Shown piece by piece: positions 10,103 to 19,888 of a stretch of DNA of 64,000 nt (positions within the stretch are counted from its first letter, which is position 1; every line of letters begins with the position of its first letter). A program made the translations under genes and the position numbers. The notes under the pieces were generated by a model. The model ran no database searches. It was not told the origin of the DNA and saw nothing but the letters and a program-made list of their open reading frames with translations. Source of the stretch: Dehalococcoidia bacterium (GTDB lineage: Bacteria; Chloroflexota; Dehalococcoidia; Lucifugimonadales; GCA-002694895); contig JAPYRX010000001.1 of NCBI GenBank assembly GCA_029936815.1, positions 4,256 to 68,255 on the forward strand, written 5' to 3'.

Positions 10103-10879
10103 AGAACCTTCGACTTCTTTACTGAAGTCTGTAGTCTTGTAACTAGATTTTTGATTGGCCTTATATAAATGAAATAATTTTTCTTTATTGTTAACAAAAT
10201 CGTTAATAACTAGCAATAGCAATATTCTTTCTCTATCTAGTATTTTATTTCTAATACTATTAAAAAGGGTTAAATTTTCAAAATCTATACTGCTTATACT
10301 ATTAACTAATTTATTATATTCATTCCATTCATTTTTCATATTATGTTTTATAGAAAATCTACAATAACCCAAGCTGGTTCCTGCATCTAATTTCTCATTA
10401 ACAATGTGTACATTTAATCCTGATTCTGACGCATTATTACAAATAAGTTGTTTGATGACGTCAGTCCATGTACCCTTTGGCCCATTTGGTAGAGCAGGGT
10501 GTAAATTGATAAAGTTGAAGTTGTTACATAAAAACGAGCTTAAAATCAACATGTACCCAGCCATGATTATAATATCTGTATCATAATTACTAATTAATTC
10601 TTGTACTTTTATATCGTACTCTGCCCGGCACTCTGAAAATGTTTTATTTGTACTATTTTCTAGGAATTTTTTCGAAGAAAAAGTTATTGTCTTTATGTTG
10701 TTATTTTTCAGAAAATCAAGAAATTCATTACTACCTTCTGATTCATTATAATCTCTGTTACAAAAGACATATTCTAAAGATATATCTAATGAATTTTCTT
10801 TAACATAATCCAAAAAAAATCTTATAAAACCTAAAGATCCTTTCCCGTTTCCAGTGGAAAACCAGCCTATTTTTAACAC
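10094..10879 (-). CDS. Formyltransferase-family protein (PurN-like N-terminal domain with an extra C-terminal region)
   Basis: [21 protein letters not shown] and EKLDAG resemble the folate-dependent formyltransferase core. The roughly 90 aa C-terminal region is unassigned. Confidence 0.5.
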   Translation of the reverse strand: MLKIGWFSTGNGKGSLGFIRFFLDYVKENSLDISLEYVFCNRDYNESEGSNEFLDFLKNNNIKTITFSSKKFLENSTNKTFSECRAEYDIKVQELISNYDTDIIIMAGYMLILSSFLCNNFNFINLHPALPNGPKGTWTDVIKQLICNNASESGLNVHIVNEKLDAGTSLGYCRFSIKHNMKNEWNEYNKLVNSISSIDFENLTLFNSIRNKILDRERILLLLVINDFVNNKEKLFHLYKANQKSSYKTTDFSKEVEGSLS

Positions 10880-10892
10880 TTATAATTTTCTT

Positions 10893-11588
10893 TTATATAT
10901 TAACTAATAAAAATATTATACAACTCCATATAAAAAAACTTAAGAAAATATAAATTCTTTTATAATTTGAGTGAATTCTAGAAACATTAAATATACCTAA
11001 TGAAAAGCTATTTAAATTAAAATTTATTAGAACAAAGGAGCAAAACATCCCACCTAACAATCCACCTAAATGAGCCCAATTATCTATTCTACTGGAGGAC
11101 AATCCATAGAATAAATTTATTAATAACATTAATCCTAGTCCATAAAGATTATTTTTAGCATAATCTGGGTTAACTTTTTTCATAAAAAAATAATATATTA
11201 TCAATCCTCCTAACATTCCAAATATAGCTCCACTAGAGCCTACAGAAATAATATTAGAATTAAAACTAACACTTAGTGCACTACCCGATATTCCAGAACA
11301 TAAGTATAAAATTAAAAAATTTCGTTTACCAAATATTGTTTCAATTAAATTACCAAACGCAAGCAATGCAATTGAATTGAATATAAGATGAGAAATTCCT
11401 GAATGCAAAAAAATAGAAGTTAGCAATCTCCATGTTTCTCCATTCTTAACATATGGCCCGTAATTTGCTCCAATATTAATTAGAATTTTTGTTGATCCTC
11501 CAAAAATCATTTCAGAAAATAACCAAATAAAAAAATTAATTAATAAAAGATAAACATATATTGGGCGATTTTTAATATACAAATTCAC
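10893..11588 (-). CDS. Rhomboid-family intramembrane serine protease
   Basis: Multi-TM protein with the HSGISHLIFN, GSSGAIFGMLGG and WAHLGGLLGG motifs. Confidence 0.85.
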   Translation of the reverse strand: MNLYIKNRPIYVYLLLINFFIWLFSEMIFGGSTKILINIGANYGPYVKNGETWRLLTSIFLHSGISHLIFNSIALLAFGNLIETIFGKRNFLILYLCSGISGSALSVSFNSNIISVGSSGAIFGMLGGLIIYYFFMKKVNPDYAKNNLYGLGLMLLINLFYGLSSSRIDNWAHLGGLLGGMFCSFVLINFNLNSFSLGIFNVSRIHSNYKRIYIFLSFFIWSCIIFLLVNI

Positions 11589-11602
11589 TTTAAATTATTA
11601 CT

Positions 11603-11800
11603 TTAAAAATTTTCATGTTCTTTTATAACTAATCTAGCGTCATCAAGAATTTTATTACATTTTTGTATTAAAGATTTTCCTTTTTCATACAATTCCATAG
11701 TTTTAGATAGAGACAGTTCGTCATTCTCCAAATCAGAAATAATTTTTTCTAGTGTTTTGATATCATTCTCAAAATCAACATATTTTTCATTTTTACTCAT
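11603..11800 (-). CDS. xseB: Exodeoxyribonuclease VII small subunit
   Basis: 65 aa helical protein directly downstream of xseA with the typical LEKIISDLEND.LSL pattern. Confidence 0.85.
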   Translation of the reverse strand: MSKNEKYVDFENDIKTLEKIISDLENDELSLSKTMELYEKGKSLIQKCNKILDDARLVIKEHENF

Positions 11801-11803
11801 AAT

Positions 11804-13003
11804 TTACTCCTTAGTTTTACTTTTAATAATTGAATCTAAAGTACCATCAGACATCATTATTTTTATTTGTTCATTTATTTGAACATCTGAGATTGTTTTG
11901 ATTATTTTTCCGTCGATATTTTCAATTAAATTAAATCCTCTTTCTGACATTTGTTTAATATTATAAATTTCTAAAGAATTATTCGCATATTCCAATTTTG
12001 ATTCTTGAATATTTATCTTATTTTTTAAATTATTTATTAATTCAGAATCATATCTATCAATTTCTTGTAAATAATTCTCTATATTTTTCTGATATAAAGT
12101 ATCTAAATTATCATTAATATTTTTTAATATCGGAGATTTAAGCTGAATTTTAAATTCTAAATGTTTGCTAATGTTTGCTAATGTTTGCATAAGATATTCT
12201 TTGATGTTTATAATATTCGGAACTATCATTTGAGCGGCAGAAGTTGGTGTTAATCCTCTGTGGTCAGCTACCATATCCGCAGTTGTAAAATCATCTTCAT
12301 GACCTATCCCAGTAACTATTGGAATAGAAGAAGAGAATATTGATCTTGCAATGTTCTCTAAATTAAATGGCATCAAATCTTCTTCAGATCCTCCGCCTCT
12401 AGAAATCAATATTATGTCATCGAAGTCTAATGAATTTACATAATTAATTGAATTCACAACATCGTCAGCACAATTATCTCCTTGCATTACAGTAGGAATC
12501 AAATTTAATTTAACCAAAGGGTATCTAGTTTGAATGGTTTTTTTAATGTCCTCCCAAGCAGATGAATTTGGAGAAGTAATAACAGCTATGGATTTTGGGT
12601 ATTTGGGTAAAATTCTTTTTCTACTTCTATCAAAAAGGCCTTCATTTTCTAAAATTTTTCGCAAATTTTGAATTTCTTTAGATATATCTCCAATACCTTC
12701 TTTTTTTACAAATTTAACTTTTAATGTTAAATCTCCTCGAGGCTGGTAAATCTCCATCTCGCCGTTCATTAATACAAAATCTCCATCCTCAATAATATCA
12801 GATCTTTTTTGTAAAAATTTAAAAAACACACATTTCAACAAACTTTTTTCATCTTTAAGTTGAAAATATTTATGCCCCGAAGAGGCTGCTTCTTTTAAAT
12901 CTGTGATTTCTCCCTTTATCCAAATATCTTTAAGATAAATGTTTTTATTAAATAAAGTATTAATATTGTCTAATAGGCTAGAGACTTCAAAAATATTATT
13001 CAT
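11804..13003 (-). CDS. xseA: Exodeoxyribonuclease VII large subunit
   Basis: VISRGGGSEEDL-like motif (ILISRGGGSEEDLMPFN), GIGHEDDFT and a C-terminal coiled coil. Confidence 0.9.
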   Translation of the reverse strand: MNNIFEVSSLLDNINTLFNKNIYLKDIWIKGEITDLKEAASSGHKYFQLKDEKSLLKCVFFKFLQKRSDIIEDGDFVLMNGEMEIYQPRGDLTLKVKFVKKEGIGDISKEIQNLRKILENEGLFDRSRKRILPKYPKSIAVITSPNSSAWEDIKKTIQTRYPLVKLNLIPTVMQGDNCADDVVNSINYVNSLDFDDIILISRGGGSEEDLMPFNLENIARSIFSSSIPIVTGIGHEDDFTTADMVADHRGLTPTSAAQMIVPNIINIKEYLMQTLANISKHLEFKIQLKSPILKNINDNLDTLYQKNIENYLQEIDRYDSELINNLKNKINIQESKLEYANNSLEIYNIKQMSERGFNLIENIDGKIIKTISDVQINEQIKIMMSDGTLDSIIKSKTKE

Positions 13004-13004
13004 A

Positions 13005-13568
13005 TCAAAGTCTACCTATATATTCAGAAGTCCTCGTATCAATTTTAATCAAATCTTCATTCAATATAAATAATGGAACATTTATCTCTAATCCCGTTTC
13101 TAAAATAGCTTTTTTTGTTGCTCCTTGTGTAGTGTCTCCTTTTACAGCGTTATCAGTAGACACTACTTTTATTTCAACCGAATTAGGTAGTTCAACTGAA
13201 ATAGGGTTGTTTTCATAATATAATAAGTCAATTTTTAATTGATCAACAAGAAAATTAATATAATCAGACAACATATTTCTATCTAATTTTATCTGCTCAT
13301 AGCTACTCTGATTCATAAAATAATAATTATCTTGATCAGAATACAAATAAGTTGCAGCTATTCTCTCTATTTCAGCAGCTTCAATTTTTATGTCATAACC
13401 AGAAAAAGTTTTTGATAAAACTTTGCCTGATATGATTTCTTTATACCTCATCTTAATAACCGGGGCGCCTCTATCTTTCTTTGAACGTGAATGCTCCAGT
13501 AAAATACATGGTTTTTCATCTATATCTAATGCCATTCCTTTTTTTAACTCGTTATATGCTAATGACAA
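13005..13568 (-). CDS. efp: Elongation factor P
   Basis: 187 aa. The three-domain EF-P pattern includes KGDTTQGATKKA and LETGLEINVPLFI. Confidence 0.92.
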   Translation of the reverse strand: MSLAYNELKKGMALDIDEKPCILLEHSRSKKDRGAPVIKMRYKEIISGKVLSKTFSGYDIKIEAAEIERIAATYLYSDQDNYYFMNQSSYEQIKLDRNMLSDYINFLVDQLKIDLLYYENNPISVELPNSVEIKVVSTDNAVKGDTTQGATKKAILETGLEINVPLFILNEDLIKIDTRTSEYIGRL

Positions 13569-13571
13569 TAT

Positions 13572-14003
13572 TTACTCCTCATAGGTAATAAAATTATTTA
13601 ATGCTAATTTATATCCTTTTGTTCCAAGGCCAATAACAGATGAATCGCAAACATCTGATATTACAGAATGCTTTCGAAAATCTTCTCTAGCAAAAATATT
13701 AGATATATGTACTTCCACAACTCTAATAGATACAGACGCAATAGCATCTCTAATAGATATACTATAATGACTTAAAGCTCCAGGATTTATTATTAACCCA
13801 TCATATTGATTTTCAGATTCTTGAATCATATCAACTATTTTACCTTCATGATTAGATTGAAAAGATATAATATCAATTGAATAGTTACTTGCATATGATT
13901 TCAAATCATTAATTATAGATTCCAAATCTTCCTTTCCATAAATTTCTGGTTGCCGCTTACCAAGCATATTAAGATTAGGTCCATTTATAACTAATATTTT
14001 CAT
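13572..14003 (-). CDS. aroQ: 3-dehydroquinate dehydratase type II
   Basis: ILVINGPNLNMLGKRQPEIYG, INPGALSHYS and EVHISNI motifs. Confidence 0.95.
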   Translation of the reverse strand: MKILVINGPNLNMLGKRQPEIYGKEDLESIINDLKSYASNYSIDIISFQSNHEGKIVDMIQESENQYDGLIINPGALSHYSISIRDAIASVSIRVVEVHISNIFAREDFRKHSVISDVCDSSVIGLGTKGYKLALNNFITYEE

Positions 14004-14908
14004 CTTGGAGTTACTCTAGGATGAAAATTAAAATAAGATTTTTCCATGTCTTTATTTGCTACGTGTGTGTATATCTGTGTGGTTGAAATTTTTGCATGTC
14101 CTAATAAAGTTTGAACTGTTCTTAGGTCTGCTCCATTAGACAACATTTGTGTTGCAAAAGTATGTCGCAACATATGAGGATGCAAAGACAGATCTAACCC
14201 TGCTTTATTTCCATATTTTTTGACAATTTTTTGAATTGATCTGACAGACAATCTTTCTCCATATTTATTTATAAATAATGAATCAGTTTTAGTATTTTTA
14301 TTATTCCTTATATTCAGATAATTATCTAAAAACTTTTTTGATTCGTCATTAATATATACTACTCTAACTTTCGACCCTTTCCCAATTATTTTGATTTGTT
14401 GCAAATTAAGTATATCTTCCTTATTAATAAACGAAAGTTCTGAAACTCTCAATCCTGTAGAATACATTAGTTCTAGTAAAGTCCTATTTCTAAGTCCTAA
14501 GAAAGTAGATATATCAACAGAATCAAGAATGTCTTTCATCTGCCTATTATTCAATATTTTAGGTAAATTTCGATTCGATTTACTTTTTCCAAACATTATT
14601 AAATCTTTATTCCCAAATTCAGAATTTGTTGAAATATATCTGAATAGAACTCTCAAAACACTTAATTTTCTATTAATACTAGATCGTTTATAGTCTAAAT
14701 TATTTAAATGTTTTATATATTTTCTAACAATAGATCTATCTAAATCATCAATATGATATTTCTTTTCAGTTCTAAGAAAATTGTCAAATCCTAATAAATC
14801 ATTTTTATAATTTCTAATCGTATATGGTGATAAGTTTCTATAATTACTGCAATATAATATAAATTTATGTATAGCATCTTCTAATTCTGTTTGATTATAA
14901 GATTTCAT
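14000..14908 (-). CDS. Tyrosine recombinase XerC/XerD type
   Basis: TGLRVSEL, HMLRHTFAT and LLGHAKISTTQIYTH catalytic motifs. It overlaps aroQ by 4 nt in a housekeeping operon. Confidence 0.85.
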   Translation of the reverse strand: MKSYNQTELEDAIHKFILYCSNYRNLSPYTIRNYKNDLLGFDNFLRTEKKYHIDDLDRSIVRKYIKHLNNLDYKRSSINRKLSVLRVLFRYISTNSEFGNKDLIMFGKSKSNRNLPKILNNRQMKDILDSVDISTFLGLRNRTLLELMYSTGLRVSELSFINKEDILNLQQIKIIGKGSKVRVVYINDESKKFLDNYLNIRNNKNTKTDSLFINKYGERLSVRSIQKIVKKYGNKAGLDLSLHPHMLRHTFATQMLSNGADLRTVQTLLGHAKISTTQIYTHVANKDMEKSYFNFHPRVTPR

Positions 14909-14913
14909 GTTTT

Positions 14914-17097
14914 TTAATTATTTGATTTAATTATCTCTGGTAATTCATTAAATGCCTTGCATAATAAACATTGCATTTTTTTACCTCTAATAAATTGAGT
15001 TGGAGCAGCACATGCCTTGTCTTGGCATTGGTGATCGATTGGTTCATACTTAGATGAAAATTTACACTTAGGGTAATCGGAGCAACCATAATACACACTC
15101 CCTTTAGAACCTTGTAATTGCCTTAATTTACCATTTCGACATTCAGCACAACTGTTTTCTAATTCCACAATTATAGCTTTTGTGTTTTTGCACGTTGGAA
15201 ATGCAGAACAGCCTAAAAATTTTGTACCTTTTAATCTAGAGGCTCTTATTATCATTGGACTTTCACACTCGGAGCAATGTTCGTCAGAATACTCTTCGAT
15301 TTCTTCTTTTGGAACTCTTTCTTGCTCAAGAGCATTCTTAATACTTTCCTCAAGTTTGATATATAAATCATTTAAAAGCAATTGCCAATTCATATCACCA
15401 GTTGCAATTAAATCTAATTTTTCTTCCATATCAATAGTATATGTTGGGCTTACTTCTGTTGAAAAATTCTGCTTCAAAAATTTCGAAATAGCTCTACCTA
15501 ATTTTGTAGGATGCAATCTAGATTCTTTTTTCTCTAAATATATCTTTAAATTCGTTTTGATTGTATTAGCATATGTACTTGGGCGGCCGATACCTTCTTG
15601 TTCCATTTTTCTTACTAACATTGCTTCATTAAATCTTGGAGGAGGTTTCGTATGATCATATTTAGATTTAACATTGTTAATATTGATTTTTTCTCCAACT
15701 TTAAAACTAAATTCCGTTCCCACTTCATCTTCTGATTTTTCTCTATCATCTCCATACAAAACTGAATATCCATCAAAATTAACTACCCAATTTTCTATTC
15801 TAAATATTAATTCTTCATCTAGATATTTTTTTTCACATATTATATTTACTTTACTTACGTCGTAAATTGCTTTCTCCATCTGAGATGAAACAAATCTTTT
15901 CCAAATTATTTCATATAATTTTAATAATCGTTCGTTATCACTAGAAATTAATGTTTTAAGTTTCTTTGGAGACATAGCAACATCTGTGGGTCTTATGCAT
16001 TCATGTGCTTCCTGTGATCTTTGCTTGTTTTTATAAATATTAGGTTTTTCAGGTAGATAATTCTGTCCATATTGATCCTTAATATATGATCTGACAGTAT
16101 TCATAGCAGTTTGTGTAATAGTAAAAGAATCTGTTCTCATATAGGTTATTAATCCAACTGATCCTTTTGCTTCTAATTCAATTCCTTCAAATAATTGTTG
16201 AGCCAAACTCATAGTAGCATCAGGCGACATTCCTAATTTTTGACTAGCTTCTTGTTGCAATGTACTTGTAATAAACGGAGCTCTTGGGGATCTGAAGCTT
16301 TTAGTTGTATTAACTTCTTTAACTATTCCAATATTATTTTTTAGAACCTCAATAATTTCGTAAGTCTTATTTTTATCAAAAATTCTGTATCTTGCTAATT
16401 TATTAGATTTGGGGTCATTTAAATAAGAAGCTAGGTTACTCTTTTTATATTTCAAGTCAACTAATATATTCCAAAAGTCTTCAGGGTTGAATTTTTCAAT
16501 TTCTTCTTCTCTTTCTATAACAAATTGCAATACTGGCGATTGAACTCTTCCTGCAGAAGTATTATATTTTACTTTTTTCCAGAGTACAGGACTTACTTGA
16601 AATCCATATAATCGATCCAGTAATCTTCTTGCTTGTTGAGAATTAAATAAATCAGAATCTAATTTTCTTGGATTAGCTAAAGAATCCAAAACTGCTTTTT
16701 TAGTAAACTCATTAAATACTATTCGATTACTATCATTCTCATCTAAATCTAAAAATTGAGCGATATGCCATCCTATTGCTTCGCCTTCTCTATCGGGATC
16801 TGTTGCAATATAGATCTCGGAAGCATTTTCTTTTCCTTTCTTTAATTCTTTTTTAACTTTTTGCACATCTTTTTTACTTGACACAACGTAATTTGGAATA
16901 AATTCATATTTAATATTTTTTTCGTTATCAATTTTATCAGAAGATAATTCTTTTATTTCAATTCCAAAATCTTTTTTTGACAAATCTCTAAAATGACCTA
17001 CTGTTGCAATAGACGTATATTCATTACCAAGTAATTTAGAAATTGTCTTAGCTTTGGTAGGGGATTCGACTATAACTAATTTTTTTTTGTTTACCAA
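14914..17097 (-). CDS. topA: DNA topoisomerase I
   Basis: TOPRIM motifs LVIVESPTKAKTI and TDPDREGEAI, the active-site context ITYMRTDS and C-terminal Cys4 zinc ribbons. Confidence 0.97.
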   Translation of the reverse strand: MVNKKKLVIVESPTKAKTISKLLGNEYTSIATVGHFRDLSKKDFGIEIKELSSDKIDNEKNIKYEFIPNYVVSSKKDVQKVKKELKKGKENASEIYIATDPDREGEAIGWHIAQFLDLDENDSNRIVFNEFTKKAVLDSLANPRKLDSDLFNSQQARRLLDRLYGFQVSPVLWKKVKYNTSAGRVQSPVLQFVIEREEEIEKFNPEDFWNILVDLKYKKSNLASYLNDPKSNKLARYRIFDKNKTYEIIEVLKNNIGIVKEVNTTKSFRSPRAPFITSTLQQEASQKLGMSPDATMSLAQQLFEGIELEAKGSVGLITYMRTDSFTITQTAMNTVRSYIKDQYGQNYLPEKPNIYKNKQRSQEAHECIRPTDVAMSPKKLKTLISSDNERLLKLYEIIWKRFVSSQMEKAIYDVSKVNIICEKKYLDEELIFRIENWVVNFDGYSVLYGDDREKSEDEVGTEFSFKVGEKININNVKSKYDHTKPPPRFNEAMLVRKMEQEGIGRPSTYANTIKTNLKIYLEKKESRLHPTKLGRAISKFLKQNFSTEVSPTYTIDMEEKLDLIATGDMNWQLLLNDLYIKLEESIKNALEQERVPKEEIEEYSDEHCSECESPMIIRASRLKGTKFLGCSAFPTCKNTKAIIVELENSCAECRNGKLRQLQGSKGSVYYGCSDYPKCKFSSKYEPIDHQCQDKACAAPTQFIRGKKMQCLLCKAFNELPEIIKSNN

Positions 17098-17134
17098 TTT
17101 ATTTCTCTTATATATATTAAATTATCATAAAATT

Positions 17135-17221
17135 CGGAGAGGATGGGATTCGAACCCATGGAACTGTTTCCAGTTCACGCGCTTTCCAAGCGCGCCTATT
17201 CGGCCACTCTAGCACCTCTCC
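17135..17221 (-). tRNA. tRNA-Ser (anticodon GGA)
   Basis: Hand-folded cloverleaf: acceptor GGAGAGG/CCTCTCC, anticodon stem CGCGC/GCGCG with loop TTGGAAA, a long variable arm, and T-arm ATGGG-TTCGAAT-CCCAT. Confidence 0.9.
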
Positions 17222-17249
17222 ATAATTTGCCTGCCAAAGTAATTTCAAT

Positions 17250-17336
17250 CGGAGAGAGTGGGATTCGAACCCACGATCTGAAAAATCAGATACTGGTTTT
17301 CGAGACCAGCTCCTTAAACCACTCGGACATCTCTCC
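17250..17336 (-). tRNA. tRNA-Ser (anticodon CGA)
   Basis: Hand-folded cloverleaf: acceptor GGAGAGA/TCTCTCC, anticodon stem CTGGT/ACCAG with loop CTCGAAA, a long variable arm, and T-arm GTGGG-TTCGAAT-CCCAC. Confidence 0.9.
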
Positions 17337-17453
17337 AATACAAGTAGTACTGATCTAATAAGTATTTTATCAAAAAAACATTAATAACTTAAAACAGTAT
17401 ATTTAATCAAAATTAAAAAAAAACTAGTTATATAGTTATTAATTCATCTTATT

Positions 17454-19244
17454 TCATGGTTTTTCTACTGTAATTCCTAATTCTTTTAACTGATCAGCTG
17501 TCAAATTACTAGGAGATTCAAATAATGGGTCAAAACCGCTTTGTGTTTTAGGGAAAGCAATAACATCTCTGATATTATCAGTTCCAGCTAAAAGCATCAC
17601 AATTCGATCTATTCCCGGAGCAATACCTCCGTGGGGGGGAGCTCCGTATTCAAACGAGTTTAATAATTGAGAAAAAAGTTCGTTAGTCTCTTTTTTCGAA
17701 TAACCTAAGATAGAAAAAACCTCTTCCTGTAACTCTTTTTTATGTATCCTTATACTACCACTTGCAATTTCTGATCCATTAGCAACCAAATCATAACAGT
17801 ATGCTCTTATACTTGAAGGATCATTCTTCAAGTCTGAAATATATTCATCATGAGGCATAGTAAATGGATGATGGGAAGAAGTCCATTTTGATCTTTCTTC
17901 ATCCCATTCAAATAATGGAAAATCTGTAATAAAACAAAACTTCAGGTCGTTTTTATCATACAAATTAAGATCTTTTCCTAATTTGTTTCGTAAATTCCCT
18001 AATATTTCTAAAGTTTTTTTATTTTCTCCGGCTACTAGTAAAATCATATCACCAATATTTGCATCGCTTAACTTCCCGATATTCTTAACAAAATCTGAAT
18101 CTAAGTATTTTTTGACTATACTCTTAAACTCGAAATCTTGATTCGCAGATTTCGGATCATCTTCTAAAACAATCCATATCAACCCTGATCCACCTAATGC
18201 TTTAACATATTCAACTAAAGAGTCTATTTGCTTTCTTGAATAATTATTGCCATTTGGAGCAACTAATCCTTTAACAACACCTCCATTTCCCACTGTGTCA
18301 GCAAGAACTTTAAATTGATTATTTTTAGACTGAGTTGTAAAATCTTTTATTTTCATTTCAAATCTTAAGTCCGGTTTGTCAGACCCATACAATTCCATTG
18401 ACAGATCGTAATTCAATCTTTCAAATGGAGAGTTTATGCTTTTACTAGGAGCAACACTTTGAACTAACCCTATAAACATTTTTTCAGTTAAATTAAGAAC
18501 ATCTTCTTGTGTAACAAAACTCATCTCAAGATCTAATTGGGTAAATTCTGGTTGCCTATCAGCTCTAGGGTCTTCATCTCTAAAACATTTAACAATTTGA
18601 AAATACTTATCTACTCCGGATACCATCAATAACTGTTTTAATTGCTGCGGTGATTGTGGAAGTGCATAAAATTGTCCTGGGTTATTTCTACTTGGGACAA
18701 CAAAGTCTCTAGCTCCCTCAGGGGTACTTTTAATCAGTATAGGAGTTTCAACTTCTAAAAATCCTTGCTCATCTAAATAATCTCTAATATACTTAACAAC
18801 TTTGTGGCGTAATTTAAGAACTTGATATTTATTAGCTCGCCTTAGATCTAAATATCTATATTTCAATCTGATATATTCATCAGTTTCTTCTTTGTAATCA
18901 GACAATTCAAAAGGTAATGTCTTGGAAATATTTAACACAGTATATTCTTGTGCTAATAATTCTATTTTCCCTGTAGATAAATTTAAATTTTCTGTTCCTC
19001 TTGGCCTAGATTGAATCAGTCCCTTAACTTGAATTACCCATTCAGATCTTATCTGATTCCAATGAATATCAGATTCAGATAATTTCTCCGGGTCAAAAAC
19101 AACCTGAATTAATCCAGATCTATCTCTTAAGTCAATAAATAATAATCCCCCGTGATCTCTTCTTTTATTGACCCAACCTGAGAGCTCTATTACTTCTCCA
19201 ATCATTTTTTCATTTGTCTCTCCACAATAATAGTCTCTATACAA
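17454..19244 (-). CDS. aspS: Aspartate--tRNA ligase (bacterial type, 596 aa)
   Basis: GGLLFIDLRDRSG, FRDEDPRADRQPEFTQLD and PPHGGIAPGIDR class II motifs. Confidence 0.96.
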   Translation of the reverse strand: MYRDYYCGETNEKMIGEVIELSGWVNKRRDHGGLLFIDLRDRSGLIQVVFDPEKLSESDIHWNQIRSEWVIQVKGLIQSRPRGTENLNLSTGKIELLAQEYTVLNISKTLPFELSDYKEETDEYIRLKYRYLDLRRANKYQVLKLRHKVVKYIRDYLDEQGFLEVETPILIKSTPEGARDFVVPSRNNPGQFYALPQSPQQLKQLLMVSGVDKYFQIVKCFRDEDPRADRQPEFTQLDLEMSFVTQEDVLNLTEKMFIGLVQSVAPSKSINSPFERLNYDLSMELYGSDKPDLRFEMKIKDFTTQSKNNQFKVLADTVGNGGVVKGLVAPNGNNYSRKQIDSLVEYVKALGGSGLIWIVLEDDPKSANQDFEFKSIVKKYLDSDFVKNIGKLSDANIGDMILLVAGENKKTLEILGNLRNKLGKDLNLYDKNDLKFCFITDFPLFEWDEERSKWTSSHHPFTMPHDEYISDLKNDPSSIRAYCYDLVANGSEIASGSIRIHKKELQEEVFSILGYSKKETNELFSQLLNSFEYGAPPHGGIAPGIDRIVMLLAGTDNIRDVIAFPKTQSGFDPLFESPSNLTADQLKELGITVEKP

Positions 19245-19255
19245 AATTTACCTCG

Positions 19256-19882
19256 TCATTTATTTTTATATGAATTCGAATCAAATAAAACTCTATTTAT
19301 AAATACACTCAAATCCAAATTCATACTTATGTTATTAGTTATAACTCTTTTAAACAATAATAATATGAATATAAGTTCAAAAAAAATTACAAAAAGAATA
19401 TCTTCAAATGAAAATGGAATTACAAACATAAAAGTTATAATTCCAAAAAATGTTGAAAGACCATTGTTTTTCCATAAAAAATATTCGAGAATCTTAAATA
19501 TTAAAATTATTACTAGGACTTCTTTCCAAAACCCTAAAGCTAACACTATGCCAATTGTAGTCAATATACCCCTACCTCCCTTAAAACCATTAAATACACT
19601 AAACAAATGACCACATATAATAACCAGAGAAGATAAGTATAAGTAAAGGTTAGAAATATTAAAACTATCTAATAAATATATAGGTATAAATCCTTTTACT
19701 GCTAAGTCAAAAATTCCTACTAACAAGCCAGGTCGTATACCAAATTCTCTATAAACATTAGAAAATCCAGAATTTTGATACCCTATTGAATAAATATTTT
19801 TTTTATAAAAAAATTTTATAAAAATATAAGTGAATTGCATGCTCCCTAACAAGTAAGCAACTATTAAAATTAAAAACATCAA
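19256..19882 (-). CDS. plsY: Glycerol-3-phosphate acyltransferase PlsY (divergent)
   Basis: 208 aa polytopic membrane protein with a GFKGGRGILTTIG motif and a FDLAVKG-like segment. The GSGN.GATN motif is degenerate (NSGFSN). Confidence 0.65.
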   Translation of the reverse strand: MMFLILIVAYLLGSMQFTYIFIKFFYKKNIYSIGYQNSGFSNVYREFGIRPGLLVGIFDLAVKGFIPIYLLDSFNISNLYLYLSSLVIICGHLFSVFNGFKGGRGILTTIGIVLALGFWKEVLVIILIFKILEYFLWKNNGLSTFFGIITFMFVIPFSFEDILFVIFFELIFILLLFKRVITNNISMNLDLSVFINRVLFDSNSYKNK

Positions 19883-19888
19883 ATATTT

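Noticed and set aside
14000-14908. Tyrosine recombinase about 2 kb from tRNA genes, considered as a possible integrase of an integrated element
   Set aside because: It overlaps aroQ by 4 nt and sits 5 nt from topA in a housekeeping operon. It has XerC/D-type motifs. I saw no flanking direct repeats, tRNA fragment duplication or cargo genes.
17117-17358. Two overlapping 71-73 aa ORFs on opposite strands
   Set aside because: They cover the two tRNA-Ser genes. The open frames are a by-product of the tRNA sequence.
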